Below are positions 19,505 to 29,220 of a stretch of DNA of 64,000 bases, piece by piece. A program made the translations under genes and the position numbers. The notes under the pieces are model-generated. The model saw only the letters and a list, made by a program, of their open reading frames with translations. It did not search any database and had not been told where the DNA came from. How positions within the stretch are numbered: position 1 is the stretch's first letter; each line of letters opens with the position of its first letter. Source of the stretch: Cenarchaeum sp. (GTDB taxonomy: Archaea; Thermoproteota; Nitrososphaeria; Nitrososphaerales; Nitrosopumilaceae); the NCBI GenBank assembly GCA_963693095.2, contig OY843768.1, positions 96,001 to 160,000 of the forward strand, in the 5' to 3' direction.

Positions 19505-19720
19505 GTCGGCTGCTCGCATGCCAGCGGCAGCACGTTCAGCGCCGGCGCCACGACTGTCACGTGCTCGGCGACAGACAGCGCGGGCAACTGCGATAGCGCC
19601 CCGTTCACGGTAACCGTCAACGCGCTAGACACGGCGCCTGCGCGCTCGCCACGCGGACAGGTGAGGTGCTGCAATGGCAAGCGGAGAGACAGGATCACGC
19701 ACTCTGGCCAGATGGGTTGA
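19505..19720 (+). pseudogene. In-frame continuation of HYR-like domain after premature TAG
   Basis: VGCSHASGSTFSAGATTVTCSATDSAGNCDSAPFTVTV follows VDGAV* in the same frame. Confidence 0.7.
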
Positions 19721-19785
19721 GAGTGCTGATCTCGCAGTGCGCGCAATCAAAAACCTATATAGGCAGAGCGTCTACTGTGCCAACG

Positions 19786-21378
19786 ATGGCGCGAAGGGTG
19801 AGAATATTTGACACGACACTGCGTGACGGCGAGCAGACACCGCGCGTTGCCTTTTCCCCGGCCCAAAAGGTAGAGATAGCTAGCGCGCTCGACGCGCTAG
19901 GCGTGGATGCCATCGAGGCCGGATTTCCAGTGGTGTCAGCCGGAGAGCACGAGGCCGTTTCGGCGATTGCGGCGGCCGGACTCGGGGCGGACATATTTGG
20001 ACTTGCGCGCTCGACGCGCAAGGACGTCGATGCCATAGTGGATGCCGGACTGCAGTGTGTCCACACGTTCATCGCAACATCTGCAATCCACGCAAAGGAC
20101 AAGCTCGGCATGTCGCAGCAGGCCATACTCGATGCCGCAATTGATGCCATCGAGTACGCAAAGTCACGCGGCCTTGTCGTAGAGTTCTCTGCCGAGGACG
20201 CGACGCGCTCGGACCCAAAGTACCTGCACCGTGTCTACTCGGCAGCAGCACAGGCCGGCGCTGACAGGGCAAACATACCGGACACGACGGGATACTCGAC
20301 GCCTGAGCACATGGCGCAACTAGTCAGGAATGTCATCGACGCGTCCGGGCTTCCAGTTAGCGTGCACTGCCACAATGACTTTGGCCTCGCGACTGCAAAC
20401 ACGCTTGCCGGAATCGACGCTGGCGCCGCATCGGCACACGTGACGATAAACGGGATCGGCGAGCGCGCCGGCAACGCGTCACTGGAGGAGGTCGTCTCGG
20501 CACTCGAGTTCCTTGATCCCGAGTCGACTAGCGCCGGCGGGCATCCGCGATCGCGCCCACGGGGAGTTACGGGAATAAAGACGCGTCGCATATACGAGGT
20601 CTCACAGCTCGTATCGCACATGGCGCGCATGCAGGTGCAGAACAACAAGGCCATAGTCGGCGAGAACGCGTTTGGCCACGAGTCTGGCATACACACGCAC
20701 GGAATAGTGAAAAACCCGCTCACGTACGAGTCACTCGACCCGCGCCTCGTTGGGCGCAAGAGGTGGTTTGCGGCCGGCAAGCACGCCGGCACGCACGGTG
20801 TCGAGACGACGCTCTCCGAGTACGGGATGTCGCCCTCAGGCGACGAGCTTGCCGGGATACTCGAGCGAGTCAAGGAGATGGGCGACTCGGGCGCAAACGT
20901 GTCTGACATGCAGGTCGTCACGATCGCATCCGAGATTATGGGCAAGGATCCGCCAAAGAGGCTCGTGAGGCTGCGCGAGCTTGACGTCTCTACGAACGCG
21001 AGCCAGACGCCGCACGCCTACGTAAAGCTCGCCATAGGGGAGACTGACCATGACGAGACGGCATCTGGCGTGGGTCCGGTCGACGCCTCGCTTGCGGCCA
21101 TACAGGAGATAGTCGGCGGGATATACGAGACGCGCATAGCCGACTATTCGATAAACGCCGTGTCCGGGGGATCTGACGCGCTGTGCGAGGTGACCGTAAA
21201 GGTCGAGGACGCGCGCGGCAACACTGTGCGCGCAAAGTCAGTCGGCGAGGACATTGTCGTGACTAGCGTCAGGGCAGTCATCGAGGGAATAAACGAGATT
21301 GCGCTCCGGCGCGGTGCCGAGAGCTCGCCGCGCCCACGGCGCACGCGCAGCGCCGGCAGCCGGCGCAGGCGCGCCTAG
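19786..21378 (+). CDS. leuA: 2-isopropylmalate/citramalate synthase
   Basis: FDTTLRDGEQ, HCHNDFG, GIGERAGN, AFGHESGIH, C-terminal regulatory domain (GVGPVDA); start MARRV. Confidence 0.88.
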   Translation: MARRVRIFDTTLRDGEQTPRVAFSPAQKVEIASALDALGVDAIEAGFPVVSAGEHEAVSAIAAAGLGADIFGLARSTRKDVDAIVDAGLQCVHTFIATSAIHAKDKLGMSQQAILDAAIDAIEYAKSRGLVVEFSAEDATRSDPKYLHRVYSAAAQAGADRANIPDTTGYSTPEHMAQLVRNVIDASGLPVSVHCHNDFGLATANTLAGIDAGAASAHVTINGIGERAGNASLEEVVSALEFLDPESTSAGGHPRSRPRGVTGIKTRRIYEVSQLVSHMARMQVQNNKAIVGENAFGHESGIHTHGIVKNPLTYESLDPRLVGRKRWFAAGKHAGTHGVETTLSEYGMSPSGDELAGILERVKEMGDSGANVSDMQVVTIASEIMGKDPPKRLVRLRELDVSTNASQTPHAYVKLAIGETDHDETASGVGPVDASLAAIQEIVGGIYETRIADYSINAVSGGSDALCEVTVKVEDARGNTVRAKSVGEDIVVTSVRAVIEGINEIALRRGAESSPRPRRTRSAGSRRRRA

Positions 21379-21420
21379 GCCGGAGATGGCCGTGCGCGGC
21401 TGCTGCGCGGGGCGACCCGC

Positions 21421-22422
21421 ATGATCATAGTCGACGAGGCGCGCATGCGCGATGAGATACGCAGGCGCAATCCGGCATCAGTGGCCCTCAACGGCCCGGA
21501 CGGCATGCTCCCGCAGGTTCAGGCCGCGGCCTCGCGCATCTCGGCCGAGTTTGGCATACCGGCGTACGTGCTCGCTGACACGACGTGGGGATCGTGTGAC
21601 ACAAACCACCTGGGCGCCAAGGTTCTCGGCGCCGGCGTTCTCTTTAACATTGGCCACACGATAAGCATGGGCGAGCTCGAGGGCGGCGACGTCATCATGG
21701 TCGACGCCTTTGATGACATTGAGTTTGACCGCGTCGCCGAGGAGTGCGCGCGCATGCTCGCCGGCCGGCGCGTCTCGCTGCTCACCGACAGCCAGCACCT
21801 GAGGCAGGTTGATGCTGTCCGCACTATCCTCGAGGAGGGCGGCGTGGACGTCGTGATCGGTGCCGGAAGCGGCCAGCTCAACGACGCGCAGGTGTTTGGG
21901 TGCGAGTTCTATCCCGCAGTTGCTGCAGTTGCCGAGGGTGCCGAGGCCAATGTCTTTCTGGGCCAGAGCGTCTTTCATGCGGCCGGAGTCGCGCTGTCGA
22001 CTGGCCTGCCAACATATGCGCTGGACCCGTACTTTGGCGAGGTTCGCGACGTCACCGAGTTTGCGCAAAAGACGCAAAAGCGCACGACTGCGGCAATCTA
22101 TGCGGCTTCAGAGGCGCGCACGTTTGGGATCATAGTAGGCCTCAAGGAGGGACAGCTCTCAAAGGTGACGGCCCTGCGCCTGCGCCGCGAGCTGGAAGCC
22201 GAGGGCAGGACGGTCCAGATGTTTGCGATGACGAGCATCACCTCGGATCGCCTCGAGTCACTCACGGGCATCGACGCGTTCATCCAGGTCGCGTGTCCGA
22301 GGATATCGACTGACAACCCGTTCCCAAAGCCGGTCCTCTCGACGCCGCAGGCAAACGCGCTCTTGCGCGTGATGCGCGGGGGCGAGCCCGAGGAGTACCT
22401 TCGCGTCCCGCACTGGCTCTAG
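21421..22422 (+). CDS. dph2: Diphthamide biosynthesis enzyme Dph2
   Basis: WGSCD, QVFGC, GLKEGQ, VACPRIS Fe-S cysteines. Confidence 0.92.
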   Translation: MIIVDEARMRDEIRRRNPASVALNGPDGMLPQVQAAASRISAEFGIPAYVLADTTWGSCDTNHLGAKVLGAGVLFNIGHTISMGELEGGDVIMVDAFDDIEFDRVAEECARMLAGRRVSLLTDSQHLRQVDAVRTILEEGGVDVVIGAGSGQLNDAQVFGCEFYPAVAAVAEGAEANVFLGQSVFHAAGVALSTGLPTYALDPYFGEVRDVTEFAQKTQKRTTAAIYAASEARTFGIIVGLKEGQLSKVTALRLRRELEAEGRTVQMFAMTSITSDRLESLTGIDAFIQVACPRISTDNPFPKPVLSTPQANALLRVMRGGEPEEYLRVPHWL

Positions 22423-22480
22423 CGCAAATTCTGCAATGCGCCTCTAGACTCTTATTTGTCATGCAAGGCCACCGTCGACC

Positions 22481-24985
22481 ATGCGCGTGCTTGCTTTCCT
22501 GGCCCTTTTGTCTGCCGCCTTGGCATTACCTGCAGTGGCGTTCGCTCCTGCTGTCGCTGAGATGGACGTGTTTGACCCTGATGCCATGGATATGGGCGTG
22601 TTCGACCCTGTTGGCATGGAACCAGACGAGTCCCCTATTCGTGCTGAGAGGATCCACGATCTCTACGCGGCACACAAGGATCTAACGGGCATAATGGCAG
22701 CACAGTCAGCAGGCGACTATGACACACCGGACTATCCATTCGTCATGACGTACGTCGACGAGGAAAATGAGGAGCTAGTCGTGATGATGCACGTGATTGC
22801 CGCACTGGCCGGCATAGAGTACGAGGAGCGCGAGCTCCAGATTGCGCTGGACAGTGATGTTGATATTAAAATAATTTATGGCGTCTTTGAGTTTGACTCT
22901 TCACACGCCTCCATTGAATCATGGGAGCAGTACTATGCCATGCACTGCACTCCGTTATACGAGATGGGCTACGAAGATGCCTGCGCGCTATATGCGAAAA
23001 CCCTGCGCGAGCATGGCGTGCATCTGGAAATGGCAGACATTACTGATATCCCCATGAAACCCGACATATATGATAACTCCACTACGCACAATATGCCCGT
23101 CGACCAGAAAGCACTTGCTGTGTACGTCACCGGCGCCTCGCAAGTCTCCATTACGTCATGGGAACAGTACTATGCCATGCGCTGCACGCCATCACACGAG
23201 TATGGCTACGAGCATGCCTGTCTTATACATGAAAAAAACCTCCGCGAGAATGAGGGACGTCCAACGTCCGCTGACACTCCCGTAACGCCCAAAACTAAGC
23301 GTAATGATCACCCTAACTGGCCATTTATCTGGTGGAGCGCACTTGAGCTGCAAAAGCCCCCATATGCCAGATCGGCTCCTTCTCTGCTGCCTCCCACAGT
23401 CTATGTCCCCAAGAACATATTTGTGACGGCCGCGCCGGATTCCAAAGTGCAAATAATGTTCACGTCCGTGGCACATGACGCTATGGGCAACACTATAGAG
23501 CCAGTCTGCCTGCCGCCCAGCGGGGCCACGTTTGGCTTTGGCTCTGGATATGTCATATGCACGGCTACAGACGCGATGGGAATCCAAAGTAGCGCAACAT
23601 TTGATGTCGTCATGACGCCCGAACCCCTTCAGGAAGCGGCCTTTTTGACCCACTTTGAGTATGGCATCGGGTGGTGGAATGAAGTAATCCGGACAGAGGG
23701 GGCAGACGCGCCCGTTTACGGGGAGACCAACTGGAGAGTTGTCGTGCATGATGACATGATCCCCTGGGGACGTCACCAGCTAAACAGGGCTGCTGAGGCC
23801 TATGACTGCCCTGGCGGGTGCGCAATAGAGACCAAGCCCACGATGGATCTCTCGAATAGGACTAATGCAACGCTAAAGTTCGCGTGGCATGCTAATGGCC
23901 CGCTGGGACGCGATGACTCTCTATCTGTCCAGCTGCACAAGAATGGCTCATGGCATACCGTCTACAGGTGGTTCGACGCGCCGGGCGGTGATCACCAGTG
24001 GGCGCACGTGACATATCCACTCGATGGCTTTATGGTGGACGACTTTAAGTTGCGCTTTGTTGCCCATCTGAGCACGCATGGTCGGACTATTGCCGTAGAC
24101 AGCGTCATGGTCAGGCCGTTGGCGGAGATTCCTGGCATTGTGCAGCGTCCTGCGATGCAGCCAGTGTACAAACTGTATGACTCGTCCGAGAGAACACACG
24201 AGTCACCGATCGAACTGCTGCTTCATGGGGGCTCCCAATTGGAGGTAACGGTGCCATCATCAGACGCATACGTGTCCCCACACATGGTCAACGCAGTGGC
24301 CAGCCTGGTCATAAATCACAATGACACCACGGCCATCCTTGTGCCATCCCATGCCATCGACATCACTGGGGCGTCAGACCAGAAACCTCCCAGCATTGCG
24401 CTTGCGGGCTCTGATGCCGAGGATCCTGGTACCGTCGTTGCCAACTCTGTTATTGCTACTACTGACGTCATGACAAACCACAAGGTGTTCTCTGATGCGG
24501 CACTTGTGAAGGTCTTGCCCGAGCGCTCAGTTGAGGTTGACACAGTCCGAAGTGGCACGCGTGTAATCGCCCTGGACGCCTTTGGTGCGACCGGGGATAT
24601 AAATGGCAGAACAGCTGAAATCTTTGGCGCCGGGCCAAAAAGCTCCGGAGACATACTCTCAGCCACCATGACTGTGCGTGCCACAACTGGGCAGATGGAC
24701 ACCACGCTCATAGACCAGGCTATGGCGACATACAGGTCTACAAAGGGCGACAGCGGCTCGCCGGTTCTCCATGTTGATGACGGTGGCGCCTCGGCGTTTC
24801 TTGGCATGCACATAGGGCGCATCCAGGTATTCCTGGGGGATCCTGCAGGTGTGCCGGCAGGCCCTGTGCCCACAGTTGATGATAACGACAATTCACTGCA
24901 GTTTGGCGTGTTCTCCAAGTGGGAGCACATTAGCCGTGATCTTGGGCTGACCTGCATGTCACTCTGCAATCCGGGCATCTCCTAG
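22481..24985 (+). CDS. Secreted multidomain protein: Cys-pair repeats, HYR-like domain, beta-sandwich, trypsin-like serine protease
   Basis: Signal peptide; PVCLPPSGATF..GYVICTATD HYR-like; triad candidates VPSHA, SDAAL, GDSGSP. Confidence 0.72.
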   Translation: MRVLAFLALLSAALALPAVAFAPAVAEMDVFDPDAMDMGVFDPVGMEPDESPIRAERIHDLYAAHKDLTGIMAAQSAGDYDTPDYPFVMTYVDEENEELVVMMHVIAALAGIEYEERELQIALDSDVDIKIIYGVFEFDSSHASIESWEQYYAMHCTPLYEMGYEDACALYAKTLREHGVHLEMADITDIPMKPDIYDNSTTHNMPVDQKALAVYVTGASQVSITSWEQYYAMRCTPSHEYGYEHACLIHEKNLRENEGRPTSADTPVTPKTKRNDHPNWPFIWWSALELQKPPYARSAPSLLPPTVYVPKNIFVTAAPDSKVQIMFTSVAHDAMGNTIEPVCLPPSGATFGFGSGYVICTATDAMGIQSSATFDVVMTPEPLQEAAFLTHFEYGIGWWNEVIRTEGADAPVYGETNWRVVVHDDMIPWGRHQLNRAAEAYDCPGGCAIETKPTMDLSNRTNATLKFAWHANGPLGRDDSLSVQLHKNGSWHTVYRWFDAPGGDHQWAHVTYPLDGFMVDDFKLRFVAHLSTHGRTIAVDSVMVRPLAEIPGIVQRPAMQPVYKLYDSSERTHESPIELLLHGGSQLEVTVPSSDAYVSPHMVNAVASLVINHNDTTAILVPSHAIDITGASDQKPPSIALAGSDAEDPGTVVANSVIATTDVMTNHKVFSDAALVKVLPERSVEVDTVRSGTRVIALDAFGATGDINGRTAEIFGAGPKSSGDILSATMTVRATTGQMDTTLIDQAMATYRSTKGDSGSPVLHVDDGGASAFLGMHIGRIQVFLGDPAGVPAGPVPTVDDNDNSLQFGVFSKWEHISRDLGLTCMSLCNPGIS

Positions 24986-25108
24986 CCGCCATTGCCGGAT
25001 TTGGAGACTCTTGCCCGCAGCTCCCGCACCGCTGGGTGCCCTTGCATGCCCTGCGCGTCGGCTCGAGTGCCCAACAGTTATAACAATAGGCGCAGACACG
25101 CGCGCGCG

Positions 25109-25654
25109 ATGGCCAACGAGCACGTCTTTCCGGGGGATCGCCTAGCCTCAGTCGAGGAGTATGGCGTGGGCCATGGCGCCTTTGATGACGGCGAGCGCAT
25201 ATGCGCCGCAGTCGTTGGCACATCAGAGATAGACTCTGAAAAGCACACCGTCAGCGCAGTCGGCCCGCAGGTTCCGGTTCCCGTCGCCGGCGACATTATC
25301 ATCGGCGAGGTCGCCGCAACGCTCTCCTCTAGGATCGCCGTGTCGATACGCTACATCAATGGAAGGCAAGTCACGAACAACGTGGAGTGCATGCTCTCGA
25401 CGAGAAACCTGCGCATGAGGCTCGTCGCGCTAGTCGGTGACATTATTGCACTGCGAATCGTCGGGACGCTCAACGGCGACATACACGCCGAGGTCAACGA
25501 CCCTTCCCTCGGCGTGCTCTTCACAAAGTGCCGTCGCTGCGGCGATCGCGTAATGCTCCACCGTGATGTCGTAAAGTGCATCGAGTGCGGCTGGGTCGAT
25601 GAGCGCAAGCTCTCAAGGGACTTTGGCAAGGATGACTTTGCCAAGGCGCCGTGA
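25109..25654 (+). CDS. csl4: Exosome subunit Csl4
   Basis: VFPGDRL..EEY..G.G, S1 domain, C-terminal Zn ribbon KCRRCG...KCIECG..DERKLS; start MANEH. Confidence 0.9.
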   Translation: MANEHVFPGDRLASVEEYGVGHGAFDDGERICAAVVGTSEIDSEKHTVSAVGPQVPVPVAGDIIIGEVAATLSSRIAVSIRYINGRQVTNNVECMLSTRNLRMRLVALVGDIIALRIVGTLNGDIHAEVNDPSLGVLFTKCRRCGDRVMLHRDVVKCIECGWVDERKLSRDFGKDDFAKAP

Positions 25655-26463
25655 GCGCATTGAGGCGCGTGTCCTTTCAGGGCGAGCACGGAGCATACAG
25701 CGAGGGCGCGGCCCTTGCGCTGTTTCCTGACGCAAAGACGATTCCATGCGAGTCATTCGCCACCGCAGCTCATGCGGCCGAGTCAGGCGAGGGCGACTGT
25801 GCGCTCATCCCCGTGGAGAACTCGCTGGCCGGAAGCGTCGGGGAGAGCTATGACATACTGCGCACGACTGCGCTGCGCATAGTCGGCGAGACGTACCACC
25901 AGATCAGGCACTGCCTCATTGGGCGCGGATCCCTTGAGGACGTGCGGACAGTCTATTCGCACCCGCAGGCCCTGGGCCAGTGCAGGAGGTTCATCGAGTC
26001 GCGCCACATGCGCCGCGTTCCGACATATGACACGGCCGGAAGCGTGCGCATGGTCATGGAGATGGGAGACGATGCGGCCTGCATTGCCAGCGCCGAGGCC
26101 GCGCGCCTCTGCGGCATGCCAGTCATCATGGATGAGATTGCCAACGAGCCGCAAAACCACACGCGCTTTGTCGTTCTGTCGCGCGACGGCGTGCCGCCAG
26201 AAGGGGCAAACAAGACGTCCTTTATCGCCTCGATGCGCCACGAGCGCGGCGCGCTCCACGCGCTCCTTGGCGTCTTTGAGTCCCATGGCATCAACCTGAC
26301 GAGGATCGAGTCGAGGCCAAAGAGGGAGGGCACGTGGGAGTATGACTTTTTCATCGACGCCGAGTGCGATCCTGCGCTCGCAGCGGCGGCGACTGCGGGC
26401 GCCGTGGCCATCACGGCGGGCATAAAGTCACTTGGCTCGTACGTTGCGGCCCGCGCGCCCTAG
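25651..26463 (+). CDS. pheA: Prephenate dehydratase
   Basis: FQGEHGAYSE, PVENS, SHPQALGQC, NHTRF, INLTRIESRP. Confidence 0.93.
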   Translation: MSALRRVSFQGEHGAYSEGAALALFPDAKTIPCESFATAAHAAESGEGDCALIPVENSLAGSVGESYDILRTTALRIVGETYHQIRHCLIGRGSLEDVRTVYSHPQALGQCRRFIESRHMRRVPTYDTAGSVRMVMEMGDDAACIASAEAARLCGMPVIMDEIANEPQNHTRFVVLSRDGVPPEGANKTSFIASMRHERGALHALLGVFESHGINLTRIESRPKREGTWEYDFFIDAECDPALAAAATAGAVAITAGIKSLGSYVAARAP

Positions 26464-26918
26464 AACCCGCGCGGCTTGCGCTTTCCAAACCCTGCGCTAA
26501 AGCCCATGATTATGAGGCCCGATATCATGACAAACGCGTCGTACACCACGAATATCCAGTCAGTCTGCGAATAGAGCGTGCCGGCCACGGCGAGCTCAAA
26601 GCCGCTAGATACCATTAGCGTTGACCTGCCTGATGGGCCGTGTGCCCACTCCATGGTGTGGCCCCCCTCGTGCGGCGTGGTCACCTCGCCGTCCTCTGGA
26701 GTGGCGAGTGTGATCTCGAATGACTCGGCCGTTATGTCCAGGGACTGAACCGTGCCCTCTGGCGCAGTCAGGTCAAATGGCGCAATGGACACGCCAGGAT
26801 CGTACACCTCGTCGATCGTAAACTCGCGCAGCCCGAGGTTTGAGATGAGCGAGGCCGCACCAAGCGCAAGGACGACGGCCCCGATTGCAGTGCCCACTAT
26901 TGCGCGCCTTGCTGCCAT
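26460..26918 (-). CDS. Hypothetical membrane protein (N- and C-terminal TM helices)
   Basis: Hydrophobic termini; directly downstream of guaB. Confidence 0.75.
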   Translation of the reverse strand: MAARRAIVGTAIGAVVLALGAASLISNLGLREFTIDEVYDPGVSIAPFDLTAPEGTVQSLDITAESFEITLATPEDGEVTTPHEGGHTMEWAHGPSGRSTLMVSSGFELAVAGTLYSQTDWIFVVYDAFVMISGLIIMGFSAGFGKRKPRGF

Positions 26919-26921
26919 GAC

Positions 26922-28349
26922 TCACACCACCGTGACGTCGTGCGGCTGGCTCTCGGCAAAGCCGGCGCGCGACATCCTGATAAACTCGGCGTTTTTCTGC
27001 ATCTGCGCAATGTCATGCGCGCCACAGTAGCTCAGTCCGGAGCGCAGCCCGCCGGCAAGCTGCGCGAGTATGTCCGTCACGCTCCCCTTGTACGGGACGA
27101 GGGCCTCGACGCCCTCGGCGACATAGTCGTTGATGTCAACGTCATCGCGGCCCTCCTTTGCGCGCCTGCCCATCGATGCAGCAAGCGAGGCCATGCCGCG
27201 ATACACCTTGAACCTCTTTGAGTCCTTTGTGATGACAGTTCCCGGCGACTCGTCGGTTCCGCCGAGCAGCCCGCCTAGCATGACTGAGGACGCGCCGGCG
27301 GCGAGGGCCTTTGTGACGTCACCGGACGTGCGCGTCCCGCCGTCTGATATGACCGGTATGCCGTGCTTGCGGCCGACAGCGGCGCAGTCAACGACGGCGC
27401 TGAGCTGCGGCACGCCCGAGCCGGTGATGACGCGCGTTATGCAGATGGATCCCGAGCCGACACCGACCTTTACTGCGTCGACTCCGGCCTTTATGAGAGC
27501 CTCGGCGCCTGCCGCAGTCGCCACGTTGCCCGCTATTATGTCGGCATCGGGAAACGCCTTTTTGAGGTTGCGAACCGCCGAGAGCGCGTTCTCGCTGTGA
27601 CCGTGCGCAATGTCGACGACGATGACGTCAGCGCCTGCGGCCAGGAGCGCCTCGGCGCGGTCCATAAAGTCGTCCTTTACGCCGACTGCAGCGCCCACTA
27701 GGGGCCGGCCCTTTTTGTCCTTTGATGCGTCCGGATACGCCTCGGTGTCAAGTATGTCAGTGCTAGTGACGAGGCCCGCCACGCGGCCGTCTGCGTCGAC
27801 TAGGGGGAGCTTTTCTATGCGATTGTCATGCAGCGTGCGCTTTGCCTCCTCGAGGTCGATCCCCGCCCTGCCCGTGACGACATTGGTGGTCATGACGTCG
27901 CGCACAAGCGCGTTGCGGTCTGGCGCCAGGACAATGTCGCGCCCCGTTATGATTCCTACAAGCTTTCGCGTCTGCGCGTCAGTGACGATGAGTCCCGAGA
28001 CGCCCATGTCGCGCTCGTAGGCCAGCGCGTCGGCGATCGACTGGTCAGGCGAGACGGTATAGGGGTTCTCGATCATGACGCTTCCTGACCTCTTTACCTT
28101 TAGGATCTCGTCGGCCTGCGTCTCTATGCTCAAAAATCGGTGGACTATGCCGATCCCGCCCTGGCGCGCCATGATCACTGCCATCGAGTGCTCGGTGACT
28201 GTGTCCATGTTCGCCGAGATGAGCGGCATGTTGATCTCGATGTTTCGCGTCAGGCGCGTTCGCAGGCTCACCTGCGAACGGCTCGCAATGTCCGAATACT
28301 TTGGAACTAGCAGCACGTCATCAAACGTAAGTCCTTCCCTGATCTCCAT
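26922..28349 (-). CDS. guaB: IMP dehydrogenase
   Basis: GLTFDDVLL, CBS pair, GVGSGSICITR, YRGMAS, EGVE; start MEIREG. Confidence 0.96.
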   Translation of the reverse strand: MEIREGLTFDDVLLVPKYSDIASRSQVSLRTRLTRNIEINMPLISANMDTVTEHSMAVIMARQGGIGIVHRFLSIETQADEILKVKRSGSVMIENPYTVSPDQSIADALAYERDMGVSGLIVTDAQTRKLVGIITGRDIVLAPDRNALVRDVMTTNVVTGRAGIDLEEAKRTLHDNRIEKLPLVDADGRVAGLVTSTDILDTEAYPDASKDKKGRPLVGAAVGVKDDFMDRAEALLAAGADVIVVDIAHGHSENALSAVRNLKKAFPDADIIAGNVATAAGAEALIKAGVDAVKVGVGSGSICITRVITGSGVPQLSAVVDCAAVGRKHGIPVISDGGTRTSGDVTKALAAGASSVMLGGLLGGTDESPGTVITKDSKRFKVYRGMASLAASMGRRAKEGRDDVDINDYVAEGVEALVPYKGSVTDILAQLAGGLRSGLSYCGAHDIAQMQKNAEFIRMSRAGFAESQPHDVTVV

Positions 28350-28424
28350 CTGAAGCCTTGCGCACGCGGCGGCCAATTCGTTATAAGCTTTTGTGCGCGA
28401 TCAGGATCCACAGCGTCCGCTGGG

Positions 28425-28462
28425 GGATAAAGAGAAAAAACGACCCCTATCGGAGCCGTAGG
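28425..28462 (-). terminator. Probable amoC terminator (weak hairpin plus T-rich tract)
   Basis: Minus strand CCTACGGCTCCGATAGG GGTCG TTTTTTCTCTTT shortly after the amoC stop. Confidence 0.5.
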
Positions 28463-28472
28463 TTGGTGTTTC

Positions 28473-29036
28473 CTATGGGATTGACCGACTGTACAGCTTG
28501 CCCTCGAGGGCCATCTTGTACATCTCGGCAACATAGGGGTTCTCACCGGGTGTCTCAGCACCGAGCTCGACGAGTCTTGCATAGACCCTGACCACGTAGG
28601 CCAGTGCGCCCATGAAGGCCACGACGACGCCCATGTTGAACATCCAGTGGTTTGGCACCGCAAATATCTCCTCGACGAACCAAAAGTGCCACATCTCATT
28701 GACCCCTATCGTAAACATCGTTGCGAGATAACCAAGGATGGTCATCTTTAGCCCCGTGTTTATCGAGTTGTTCGGGCCCCTGAGAACGGGTACCTTTCTG
28801 TCGTAGATCGCAGCCGCACCCCAGCCTAGAGGCAGGGCGACAAAGTGCGAGTAGAGCCACCAGTGGGCAGGCGTGAACGCGCTGTCCCTAATTGATGTCT
28901 GGTGTAGTGACCCGTCTACAAAGTTGTCCACTTCGACAGATGCTGCGGTGGATCCCATTGCGATTACGATGAGCCAGATTTTCTTTAGTCTCTGGATCTC
29001 GACCTCTTTTGGGATCAATGCCGGCATTTGTGCCAT
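28473..29036 (-). CDS. amoC: Archaeal ammonia monooxygenase subunit C
   Basis: MAQMPALIPKEVEIQRLKK, VDGSLHQTSIRDSAFTPAHWW, NEMWHFWFVEEIFAVPNHW; characteristic AOA AmoC. Confidence 0.97.
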   Translation of the reverse strand: MAQMPALIPKEVEIQRLKKIWLIVIAMGSTAASVEVDNFVDGSLHQTSIRDSAFTPAHWWLYSHFVALPLGWGAAAIYDRKVPVLRGPNNSINTGLKMTILGYLATMFTIGVNEMWHFWFVEEIFAVPNHWMFNMGVVVAFMGALAYVVRVYARLVELGAETPGENPYVAEMYKMALEGKLYSRSIP

Positions 29037-29058
29037 TGTTACATACCTATACGTCGAT

Positions 29059-29073
29059 CTCCTATAAAAGGAG
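29059..29073 (-). promoter_or_regulatory. amoC TATA box inside a short inverted repeat
   Basis: CTCCT-ATAAA-AGGAG on + strand (TTTTATAG on - strand) ~25-33 nt upstream of ATG. Confidence 0.6.
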
Positions 29074-29192
29074 GGGGTTTTTTGGGTGCGGATTTTTCTG
29101 TAATTTCTATATCATAAATGGCAATATTCACAAAATCTACCATACCTGCATAGATTATGTGGCCTTTTGCGCACTGGTTGCGGATATGGGTC

Positions 29193-29220
29193 TAATGCTA
29201 ATCATTAATGATTATCATTA
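29193..29220. promoter_or_regulatory. 28-bp near-perfect palindrome, Fur-box-like
   Basis: TAATGCTAATCATTAATGATTATCATTA with one mismatched pair; function inferred only. Confidence 0.4.

Noticed and set aside
22446-25012. AGACTCTT on both sides of the protease gene as a target-site duplication
   Set aside because: Only 8 bp, boundaries undefined and no associated transposase; chance not excluded
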